NCBI GenBank assembly: GCA_964016885.1
Contig: OZ024745.1
Span: forward strand, 59,024,001 to 59,088,000
DNA from: Eledone cirrhosa
Lineage: Eukaryota
Direction of reading: 5' to 3'
DNA: 64,000 nucleotides
The notes under the pieces: generated by a model
What the model was told of the DNA's origin: nothing
Databases searched by the model: none
Seen by the model: only the letters and a program-made list of their open reading frames with translations
Made by a program: the position numbers and the translations under genes
Part shown: piece after piece, positions 1 through 10,429 of the stretch
How positions within the stretch are numbered: the first letter of the stretch is position 1
Layout: the number at the start of each line of letters is the position of its first letter

Positions 1-1105
1 ACTTTGTTATACAGCTGTCGTCTTTCATGCGCATCACGTGACCATACCAACGTAGCCTTCTCTCGAGTAAACAACATCTGATCCCTCTTATTTCTAATTT
101 TTTCCTTAGTTCGTTTATGCTTAGCCGTTCACGTATATTACTATTACACATCCAGCGGAGCATGCAAGCTTCGTTCCTCTCTAGTCTGCGTATATCCTCT
201 GCACACAATGCCCAGGTCTCACTGCCATGCAACATTGCTGTTCGTATGCAGGCATCATATAACCTGCCTTTCATTTTTAGGGAGAACCCTTTAGCGGCTA
301 ATAGTGGTATAAGCTCTCTGAACTTTTTCCATCCAGTTCTGACTCTAGCTACTGTACTTTCAGAGCACCCTCCCCCACTGCTGATTTTATCACCCAGGTA
401 ACGGAAGCTGCCCACTATTTCTATAGAACCCTCTGCGCAATTGAAAGAGCTAGTATTTTAGTGGGCACTTGCTGCTACTAATTGCACCAGAGCACCGGCC
501 ACATGTAAAATCTATGTTCTTAGTTAGCTTACCTGTGATCCCACTACATCTTTTATGCACCCATACTTTGCATTTGGGACATAAAATGGAGTTTCTACCT
601 ACGCCTTTCCTACACACTGAGCATGGCCATTTCCCGGAAGGGACCGCCGCCTTATTTTCTTTCCTACAAACTAGAACTTTAGTCTTAGCCAGGTTAATTT
701 TAAGGCCTTTTGATTCTAGGCCGTGCTTCCATGTTTGGAATTTCTTCTCTAGCTCGGTCATTGATTCAGCTATGAGCGTTAGATCATCTGCGTATAGGAG
801 TTCCCATGGGCAGCCGGTCTTGAACTCCTCTGTTATAGCCTGAAGGGCAATAATAAATAGTAGGGGCTAAGAACAGAGCCCTGATGGACACCAACTTTTA
901 CGCTAAACCCTTCACTATATTCGTTGTTAATTCTAACCTTGCTGACTGTTTCTTTATACATGGCTTGTATAGCTCTCACAAGCCATTCGTCAACACCTAG
1001 TTTTCTAAGAGCCCACCAGATAATGGAACGGGGGACTCTGTCGAAGGCTTTCTCCAAGTCAACAAAAGCTAAGTATAGGGGTTTACTTTTAGCTAGGTAC
1101 TTCTC
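1..1105 (-). mobile_element. RTE-clade LINE, 5'-truncated copy 1 (runs off the window start)
   Basis: RT motifs FVDLEKAFDRV, GVHQGSVLSP, YADD, GLKINLAKTK; private 1-bp deletion near 862-866; ~97% identical to 4605-5710 in inverted orientation. Confidence 0.95.
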
Positions 1106-2112
1106 ATATATATATATATATATATAAACACCTGTGTATATATATATTCATCAGTGTGGATATAGCACTTGTCATTGTTTTGCCTCAGAGCTTATTTTTT
1201 TCCGATACTTTTTTAATCGATCTATTTTTGTCAAACTGATAAGTTACAGGACAAACACAAACTGTAAAAGTAAACACGCACACACAGGGCTTTCCTTATG
1301 ATTTCCTTCGAATGAAACAGTTCTAGTCCTGTAGAGCCATTTCTATATTAAATTTGTTGCATACACTCTACTAATGTATTGAGTACCTTACTTACTGTGG
1401 ATACCTCCGATTGAACCCGGGACTCACATACATATAATATATGTATATATCGACAGTCGATCGACAAGATCCCAGACCTCATTCACTTAACGAGTTAGGT
1501 CGAGCTCATCAAATCGGACCGAGGAAACAATGTTGCCATTGGTCTTTCTAATTGCTAATACTATCTGTCGGTTGCAACTCCAGGCAAAAGGAGCAGCATG
1601 AAATAAAGTGTCTTGCTCAAGGACATAACGCATCACCCAGTTTGGGAATGAAATCACAACCTCATGATTGTGAATCCAATTCTCTAACTACTTAGCCACG
1701 TGCCTTCACCCTGTATATATTCAAAAGTATTTGAAGAAAATCAATCTACTTTCATTAAAAACAGTTTTTGATCTCAATTGTTTTGGGGAGACTGTTTAAG
1801 TGCTGTATACAATCAACTTGTTTTCATTATTGAAACAACTTCAAGTGAGCTGTAGAAACACAAAATACCTTCTTCAGAATGGTACTAATTTCAATTATTA
1901 GTCACATAAATCACTTATTTACATCAAGCATTGGATATCAAAAAATATTTATCATAATGGGAATTAACAGAAAATAAGTGGAAAGAAATCATTTCCAGGT
2001 TTTTATGAATCTGTGAAATGTGTCTTTCTCCATATTTCTGTTATTGCAATTCAAAGGTCAAAATAGTGAAAGGGAGATAATTAATGGAAGTTATAGATAT
2101 TTATATCCCGGA

Positions 2113-2317
2113 TTAACCCTTTTAGTGCCGTAGACGAGATAACTCGTCCTATGTTTGAACTCTTTTCCAACAGTTCATAACTTCAAAGCTAGATGGAGTT
2201 ACTAGTTTATTGGTGTGACGTTTATCAATCATTCAGATATGTGTCGTTAATTAATGTTTGTTTTAAAAAATAGTCATTTTACTGAAGAAAAAATATATGT
2301 AGCAGTCAACAGGTTAA
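2113..2317. mobile_element. piggyBac-like MITE
   Basis: TTAA-CCCTTTTAGTGC ... GCAGTCAACAGG-TTAA; imperfect TIRs with TTAA target sites. Confidence 0.6.
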
Positions 2318-2741
2318 ATTGACTAAGTAAATAAAAAACAAAGCTGCCTCTCAAAGAGATAATCAATTAACAGAAACACTATTAAGTATAAGTGTAAGGC
2401 CCTAGTTAAGTTTAATCGATAATTCACTCAGAGAATTCTCAATTTACATATAACTAAGAATAAAATCAGACCAAGTATATATGTATATATTTATATATAT
2501 TAAAAAATAGGGGTGCTGTTTAATTAATGGTACTGATGAAAATGCGAAAGGTAATTTATATGTCAATAGGGACCCAACTATCAATATTTAGTTAAATATT
2601 TATGTTGTCATAATTGTAATTATAAATTTAAATTAGGTTATCACAACTTAATCATGGTCAATTTATCATCGCCTCTCGTATTTAAATTGATGTGCTGGAA
2701 ATTTACTTATATATAAAATTACAGAAATATATTAAGTATTA

Positions 2742-2963
2742 ATGTCTACCTCAGAGCTACATTAATACATGTCTATATCAGTGCTACATTAATACATGTC
2801 TACCTCAGTGTTACATTAATACATGTCTACCACAGTGCTACATTAATACGTCTATATCAGTGCTACATTAATACATGACTACTTCAGTGCTACATTAATA
2901 TATGTCTAACTCAGTGCTAGATTAATACAAGTCTTCCTCAGTGCTACATTAATACATGTCTAT
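2742..2963. repeat. 27-bp minisatellite, ~8 copies
   Basis: Unit TCAGTGCTACATTAATACATGTCTACC. Confidence 0.9.
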
Positions 2964-3940
2964 CTTGTGCAGGATTTCAATGCATGTTGCACCATGAGAA
3001 AAGTTTGTGGGAGGATGACTGCTTATGGCAGCTGTTTCTCAAAGAATGGAGAAGGGTTGAGGGACATGCTTGCAACTATTTCTCTAAGGAAAATGGAGAT
3101 GTTTCTGGAACTGTCTAAGGATAACCAGATGTGCAGTACAGTAGGGAATGGAAATCAAGTGTGTGAGTAGGTGGTTGGGGTGGGTGGATGGGCAGGTATT
3201 TGTGTGTGTCTCTGTGTGTGTGTCTGTGTGTATGTCTGCGTGTGTGTGTGTATCTGTGTGTGTATCTGTGTATGTGTGAGTGAGTGAGTGAACCATCAAA
3301 CTATTGACTGACTGACTGAAAAATCAAGTTAACAACAACAACAAGTGTTTTAAGAACATGTTTCCTGTCTAAGTTGGGGTTAGCCAAAAAGAATTGAATC
3401 AATTTTTTTTCCAATCATCCAAATAATCTTGTTTTTAATGTTATCTATGATGTGTGTGTTAGTGATGGAAAGTCAGAGTACACTTAGAAAACAAGTAAAA
3501 ACAAATGTATGTGTAAGATCAGGTGACATTACTCTGACTGGTGTATTCAGCAGCTCTGACTATAAGGAATATAAATGACCCTCAGTTTGATTACAATAGG
3601 CTTTCAATTTAAAACTGCTTTCAGAACAAGACAAAACATGTTTAAAATGTATTGATTTTAATAACCCATATGCTGTGAAGTGCTTTTATAGTGTGTATAA
3701 GATCTATGATATGTTGTTAAACACATACCCATATAAATGATAATAATATAAAATTAAATCAAATTGTTTAGAACTGCAAGTGAAGTCATTCTTTTCCTTT
3801 TTTTAAAATATACCTAACTGTACCAAGGATTTCACACATTTCCAATATATATATATACATATATATATATATACATACATATATATATATATATTATATA
3901 CATTCATGTATATATGTATATATATATATATATATACACG

Positions 3941-6279
3941 TACAAGAAGGGAAGCTGAGGAAAGAAAGTTCAAGCATGTTCTACAACGCGATGACCAAAA
4001 ACGTGAGGTGTTCAGGATTGCTAGGCAATGCGTCAAGGAAAACCGTGATATTGTCGGGGAGAAGTGTGTACTAAACGACGATGGCACACTTGCCATCACC
4101 GACGCTGATAAGAAGGTAGCTTGGAAGTGTCACTATGAAAGGCTACTAAATGAGGAGAATAAATGGGAGAAAGACAGTCTCCCCCATATCGACCCAATAG
4201 AGGGACCAGCAGTGTTAGTCGAGGGGAGTATGATAAGTAAGGCAATCAAGGATATGAAGACGGGTAAGGTGGCTGGGCCTTCGGAAATAGTTGCTGAGAT
4301 GCTGAAGGCATCTGGCACGGTGGGACACACCATGGTCACCCGCATAGTTAACCAAGTCGTACAGAATGGGGTTGTTCCGAAGGACTGGCATAGCAGCATC
4401 ATCGTTAACTGTTATAAGGCTAAAGGAGACGCCCTAGATAGGAGTAACTATAGAGGCATTAAATTAATCGACCAGGTCATGAAGGTCACGGAAAAAGTAA
4501 TAGCGCAACTAATCAGAGAGAGAATTGACCTAGATGAAATGCAGTTCGGGTTTGTGTCAGGCAAAAGTACCACAGACGCTCTTTTCATTGTACGACAACT
4601 ACAGGAGAAGTACCTAGCTAAAGGTAAACCCCTCTACTTAGCTTTTGTCGACTTGGAGAAAGCCTTCGACAGAGTCCCCCGCTCCATTATCTGGTGGGCT
4701 CTTAGAAAACTAGGCGTTGACGAATGGCTTGTGACAGCTATACAAGCCATGTATAAAGAAACAGTCAGCAAGGTTAGAATTAACAACGAATATAGTGAAG
4801 AGTTTAGCGTAAAAGTTGGCGTCCCTCAGGGCTCTGTTCTCAGCCCCCTACTATTTATTATTGCCCTTCAGGCTATAACAGAGGAGTTCAAGACCGGCTG
4901 CCCATGGGAACTCCTATACGCAGACGACCTGACACTCATAGCGGAATCAATGGCCGAGCTAGAGAAGAAATTCCAAACATGGAAGCACGGCCTAGAATCA
5001 AAAGGCCTTAAAATTAACCTGGCTAAGACTAAAGTTCTAGTTTGTAGGAAAGAAAATAAGGCGGCGGTCCCTTCCGGGAAATGGCCATGCTCAGTGTGTA
5101 GGAAAGGCGTAGGTAGAAACTCCATTTTATGTCCCAAATGCAAAGTATGGGTGCATAAAAGATGTAGTGGGATCACAGGTAAGCTAACTAAGAACATAGA
5201 TTTTACATGTGGCCGGTGCTCTGGTGCAATAAGTAGCAGCAAGTGCCCACTAAAATACTAGCTCTTTCAATTGCGCAGAGGGTTCTATAGAAATAGTAGA
5301 CAGCTTCCGTTACCTGGGTGATAAAATCAGCAGTGGGGGAGGGTGCTCTGAAAGTACAGTAGCTAGAGTCAGAACTGGTTGGAAAAAGTTCAGAGAGCTT
5401 ATACCACTATTAGCTGCTAAAGGGTTCTCCCTAAAAATGAAAGGCAGGTTGTACGATGCCTGCATACGAACAGCAATGTTGCATGGCAGTGAGACCTGGG
5501 CATTGTGTGCAGAGGATATACGCAGACTAGAGAGGAACGAAGCTTGCATGCTCCGCTGGATGTGTAACAGTAATATACGTGAACGGCAAAGCATAAACGA
5601 ACTAAGGAAAAAATTAGAAATAAGAGGGATCAGATGTTGTTTACTCGAGAGAAGGCTACGTTGGTACGGACACGTGATGCGCATGAAAGTCGATAGCTGT
5701 ATAACAAAGTGCAGGGCAATAAAGATAGACGGTAGCCACGGAATAGGCAGACCTAGAAAAACCTGGGACGACTTGATAAATTCCGACCTCACACACTTAC
5801 ACCTCTCCAAGACAATGTCACTGGACCGAGACCTTTGGCGGTACTCAGTAACAGAGAAGACCCGCCTTACCTAAATACATAGTAAAACCTACTACAGCCA
5901 GTAGGCATCTCTAACAAAATACCCCCCCCCCCCCCCGTCCCACCACCCCCACCCCATCCACGCCACCCCGTTCTATGTAAAGTTGTGTTGGTGCCACACC
6001 ATCCAGGCCGAAACAAATGAGATCGTGTAGGTGTCACGACAAAAAAACACACAGTCCACGCTGTAATGTGGCCGTGTAGGCAACACGGTAAAAACCTCCC
6101 AGACCCACACTGTAAATGTGGTTGGTGTTAGGAAGGGCATCCAACTGTAGAAAACCTGCCAGACAGTCCTATGCGAGCAAGACAATCACTCTTGCCTCAA
6201 GTGGGACTACCCCCGTCCAAACCCATGCAAGCGTGGAACACGGACGTTAAACGTTGATGATGATGATGATGATGATGAT
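3941..6279 (+). mobile_element. RTE-clade LINE, 5'-truncated young copy 2, with RT, PHD-like finger, 3' UTR and (GAT)n tail
   Basis: ORF with NYRGIKL, QFGF, DLEKAFD, QGSVLSP, YADD; C-terminal FRYLGD, HGSETW, RLRWYGHV, GRPRKTW in the +1 frame; (TGA)n tail; flanked by (TA)n. Confidence 0.96.
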
Positions 6280-6302
6280 GTATATACATATATATATATA
6301 TA

Positions 6303-6690
6303 TCAACATCATTTTATGTCCGCTTTTCCCTGCTTGCAAGGGTGGGACGGGAACTGATTCTGGCTTGATTTCTACAGCTGGATGCCCTTCCTAACACCAA
6401 CCTGCCCTTCCTAACACCAACCTCATTTACAGTGAGTGGTGGGTGCTTTTTTGGTGTGGCACCTCCACGTCTACTTTACAGTGTGGGCTGGGAGCTTTTT
6501 TGCTGTGGTACCTCTACGACCACTTTGCAGTGGAATGATAGGGACCCCGTCCAATCATCTCATATCTACAGGTGAGTAAACTGGAGCAAAGTGAAATAAA
6601 GTGTCTTGCTCAAGGAAACAACATATCACCCGGTCTGAGAACTCACAACCTTTCGATTGCAAGGCCAATGCTCTAACCACTAAGCCATGA
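6303..6690 (-). mobile_element. tRNA-derived SINE family B (V-like central domain, RTE-type tail)
   Basis: Reverse complement of 48869-49258; related copies or heads at ~1463-1708, 23835-24082, 40477-40780, 62058-62388. Confidence 0.85.
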
Positions 6691-6693
6691 ACC

Positions 6694-6768
<75 letters not shown>

Positions 6769-6936
6769 GTGTGTGTATCAGCTGTGCTAGGACGAGAAAT
6801 AAAATTATAATTATATTTTTTCTTTTCAGCACGGTCAGCTGTAACTCGTTCAGTATGCAAATGAAGCTACTCAGGCGATGTGTACTTAAGAAATACAATA
6901 TATTTTCAACCGTTCAACAGATTAGCAGACGTATAC

Positions 6937-6974
6937 AATCCTGATGAGGATAATGACCCAGAAACATGTTGATT
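6937..6974 (+). ncRNA. Minimal type-I hammerhead ribozyme-like motif (slightly degenerate)
   Basis: AATC-CTGATGA-GGATAATGACCCA-GAAAC-AT-GTT-GATT: core boxes present, stem I AATC/GATT, palindromic stem III ACATGT. Confidence 0.55.
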
Positions 6975-7139
6975 CTTCCTCAAGATCAGTGTTGAACAAA
7001 CAGATGACGATTTGTTATGGGTACAGCACAGCTTTACTCGGGCTGTTTGTTTACAAATGAATCAAACATTATTATTAATGTTCGATATAACCCATACGTA
7101 CATATGTATATGTATATATACAGCTGAAATGGCTAAAAG

Positions 7140-7562
7140 CTCTCAGTTCACCCTGTAAAGTGGTCATGCTGGTGACATGACAAAAGAATACTTAGTCACT
7201 CCCTTGTTAAGTGATGTGTCAAAAGAGAGCTAAAGCCTCTCTGTAAGGTGATCACGTTGGTGACACAACAAAATGCACCCTGTCCACCAGTAAAGTGGCC
7301 ATGTTGGTGGTATGACAGAAGGGGCCTGGGTTCACCCTGTGGTAGTGGTCATGTTGGTGACACAACAAAAGCACACAGTTCACCCTATAAAGTGCTTGTG
7401 ATGGTAACACGATAAAAATCGTCCAGTCCACCCTGTAAAGTGAGCATTCATATTAGTGAAACAACAAAAAGTACCCAGGCCAACTTGTCAGTTGGTCATA
7501 TTAGTGACATGACAAAAAGCACCCAGTCCTCACTGTAAAATCATAGTTTTGATGCCATGATA
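7140..7562 (+). repeat. Degenerate array of the 48-bp SINE/RTE-tail module, ~9 units
   Basis: Unit ~GTGACACAACAAAAAGCACCCAGTCCACCCTGTAAAGTGGTCATGCTG; same unit at 21945-22270, 23520-23680, 30045-30420. Confidence 0.8.
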
Positions 7563-7564
7563 AA

Positions 7565-7630
7565 AAGTGTTTCAAAAGTCACTATTTTGAATAGCAATAA
7601 GTACACCAAAATAGTAACTTTTAAGACACC

Positions 7631-7635
<5 letters not shown>
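7565..7635. mobile_element. Very short Tc1/mariner-like MITE
   Basis: Hairpin GTGTTTCAAAAGTCACTATTTTG ... CAAAATAGTAACTTTTAAGACACCCTG next to TA repeats. Confidence 0.5.
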
Positions 7636-8112
<477 letters not shown>

Positions 8113-8188
8113 CGAAGGAAATGTGGTAAGGAACCAGATGGACCATAACGCACCAAAGTACTCAATACTTAGGGTAGTAGAGTGGGTA

Positions 8189-9642
8189 ATAGGAACAAGT
8201 ATAACCCTGACGGCAGAGCTCAAGCCGTTTCAACGGCTATTTCTGGACTAAATAAGAATTTTTAGCCTGGTAAATAAATAGCCGAACTTCTCAGGAGGTA
8301 ATTCCTTATATGGGAAGATAGTAATTGTCAAAAGGATTGGTCAAAAATGTGTTGTAAAGACAGATAAATCTATCATGGCATTTGGTAGGAGGTAGCGGTA
8401 GCTGAACTTGCCGGTAGAACAAAGAGGGAGTGGGGGAAACCCAGTCAAGCGTTGAAAGTGAAATCTATACACCAGATTCTAGGGATAGTGTATAGAAAAA
8501 AGTGTTCTGGAGAAGGGGAGGGGGGAAGTTGAAAGAATAGGTAAATCGAAAGGGAGTAAACAAAAAAAACATTATAAAAATAGGGAAATAAATATATAAA
8601 AAACAATTTCTGGTTACTCATTTCCACAATCACCAAATCTCTCATTGGTATTGCTAAGCTATAGAAAAGTTTAATAGGTGGAGAAAAATACTAAATACGA
8701 GATTGTAGTGAAAGAATTTTATAAAGCCGGCTTTACAGGGGGTCTAACACCTCTGCTATAGTTAATTAGTAATCAGCCAATGCTATCTTACAATGACAAG
8801 TTAATAAGTTGAAAACAAAAATTACTAAAATACTACTACAAAAATACTAATATGAAGTATTAATTCAGAATACTAATACAGAAATACTAATACAAGAATA
8901 CTAATACAAAAATACCACTAAGAAATTTAGAAATCACAGAAAATGGAGCAGCAACCAGAAAGAAAACAATTTTTGTAGTAGTATTTTAGTAATTTTTGTT
9001 TTCAATTTATTAACCTGTCATTGTAAGATAACATTGGCTGATTACTAATTAACTATAGCAGAGGTGTTAGACCCCCTGTAAAGCCGGCTTTATAAAATTC
9101 TTTCACTACAATCTCGTATTTAGTATTTTTCTCCACCTATTAAACTTTTCTATAGCTTAGCAATACCAATGAGAGATTTGGTGATTGTGGAAATGAGTAA
9201 CCAGAAATTGTTTTTTATATATTTATTTCCCCATTTTTATAATGTTTTTTTTGTTTACTCCCTTTGGATTTACCTATTCTTTCAACTCTCCCCCCCCCCT
9301 TCCCCTTCTCCAGTACACTTTTTTCGACCTTCTATACACTATCCTTAGAATCTGCTGTATAGATTTCACTTTCAACGCTTGACTGGGTTTCCCCCACTCC
9401 CTCTTTGTTCTACCGGCAAGTTCAGCTACCCCTACCTCCTACCAAATGCCATGATAGAATCATCTGTCTTTACAACAAATTTTTGACCAATCCTTTTGAC
9501 AATTGCTATCTTCCCATATAAGGAATTAATTACCTCCTGAGAAGTTCAGCTATTTATTTACCAGGCTAAAAATTCTTATTTAGTCCAGAAATAGCCGTCA
9601 AAACGGCTTGAGCTCTGCCGTCGGGGTCATACTTGTTCCTAT
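8189..9642. repeat. Long inverted repeat: arms ~8189-8845 and ~8969-9642, spacer ~120 bp
   Basis: Arms align as reverse complements with few substitutions and small indels; bounded by (TA)n tracts. Confidence 0.95.
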
Positions 9643-9671
9643 ATATATATATATGTATATATATGTATTTA

Positions 9672-9756
<85 letters not shown>

Positions 9757-9867
9757 ATTAATAAGGGCGACCGGCAAAGGTAGAAGATGCTGGATGGCAG
9801 TCGCCCTCGGGTATTTGATTTTCAGCCCCATGGATTTTATCTATTACATTCACTTATTATATTTCGA

Positions 9868-9925
9868 ATACCTGATGAAATCACCGGATTCATACGGAAC
9901 CCGGTCATTGAAATGATCATAGTAT
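9868..9925 (+). ncRNA. Type-I hammerhead ribozyme (Penelope/retrozyme-type)
   Basis: ATAC-CTGATGA-[AATCACCGGATTC ATACG GAACCCGGTCATT hairpin]-GAAA-TGATCA-TA-GTAT; intact core, stem I ATAC/GTAT, AUA cleavage triplet, AATAAA immediately after. Confidence 0.75.
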
Positions 9926-10116
9926 AATAAACCTTTCAAGGGTTTACACAAATCCAGCCTCCTGTCATTTCATTATAATATTTAACTCCGTAATAGCACC
10001 ACCAACTACAAAAACAAAGACGGTTGAACTGCTTTACGTTGAGTACTCTCTATATTATTACATTGAGATTGACCATACGGAATTGACCAGCTCTATCCAG
10101 TGGTGAACCTCAAACC

Positions 10117-10156
<40 letters not shown>

Positions 10157-10302
10157 TAACAGATTAAAGTTTAAGCAAAGAATCGCTGCTTTCACCCTTA
10201 ACGGGATCTTCTGAAATATTTGCTCTAGGGTTCTTATATATTTGATGTATATTTATCCTTATCGAGCCCTCTTTGGATTTTAGTCTTCAAATTTATTATT
10301 AT

Positions 10303-10345
<43 letters not shown>

Positions 10346-10348
<3 letters not shown>

Positions 10349-10429
10349 GGTGTCCCTAAAAATGTATATATACATTTATTAGAATGGTGTTGAAGTATAT
10401 ATACGTTTCGTGGGGTGGGGGACACTCTG
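10346..10429. mobile_element. 84-bp Tc1/mariner-like MITE
   Basis: TA-CAGGGTGTCCC ... GGGACACTCTG-TA, with internally self-complementary arms. Confidence 0.7.

Noticed and set aside
117-843. Plus-strand ORFs of 94 and 124 aa (mirrored at 4868-5810 on minus)
   Set aside because: Antisense shadows of the RTE ORF.
2533-2555. CTGATGA..GAAA hammerhead-like boxes
   Set aside because: No convincing stem I, II or III pairing.
5259-5261. A-to-I editing of UAG to UGG as the fix for the RTE stop
   Set aside because: Readthrough stays in frame 0, gives non-RT sequence and stops ~20 codons later; the RT motifs are in the +1 frame.
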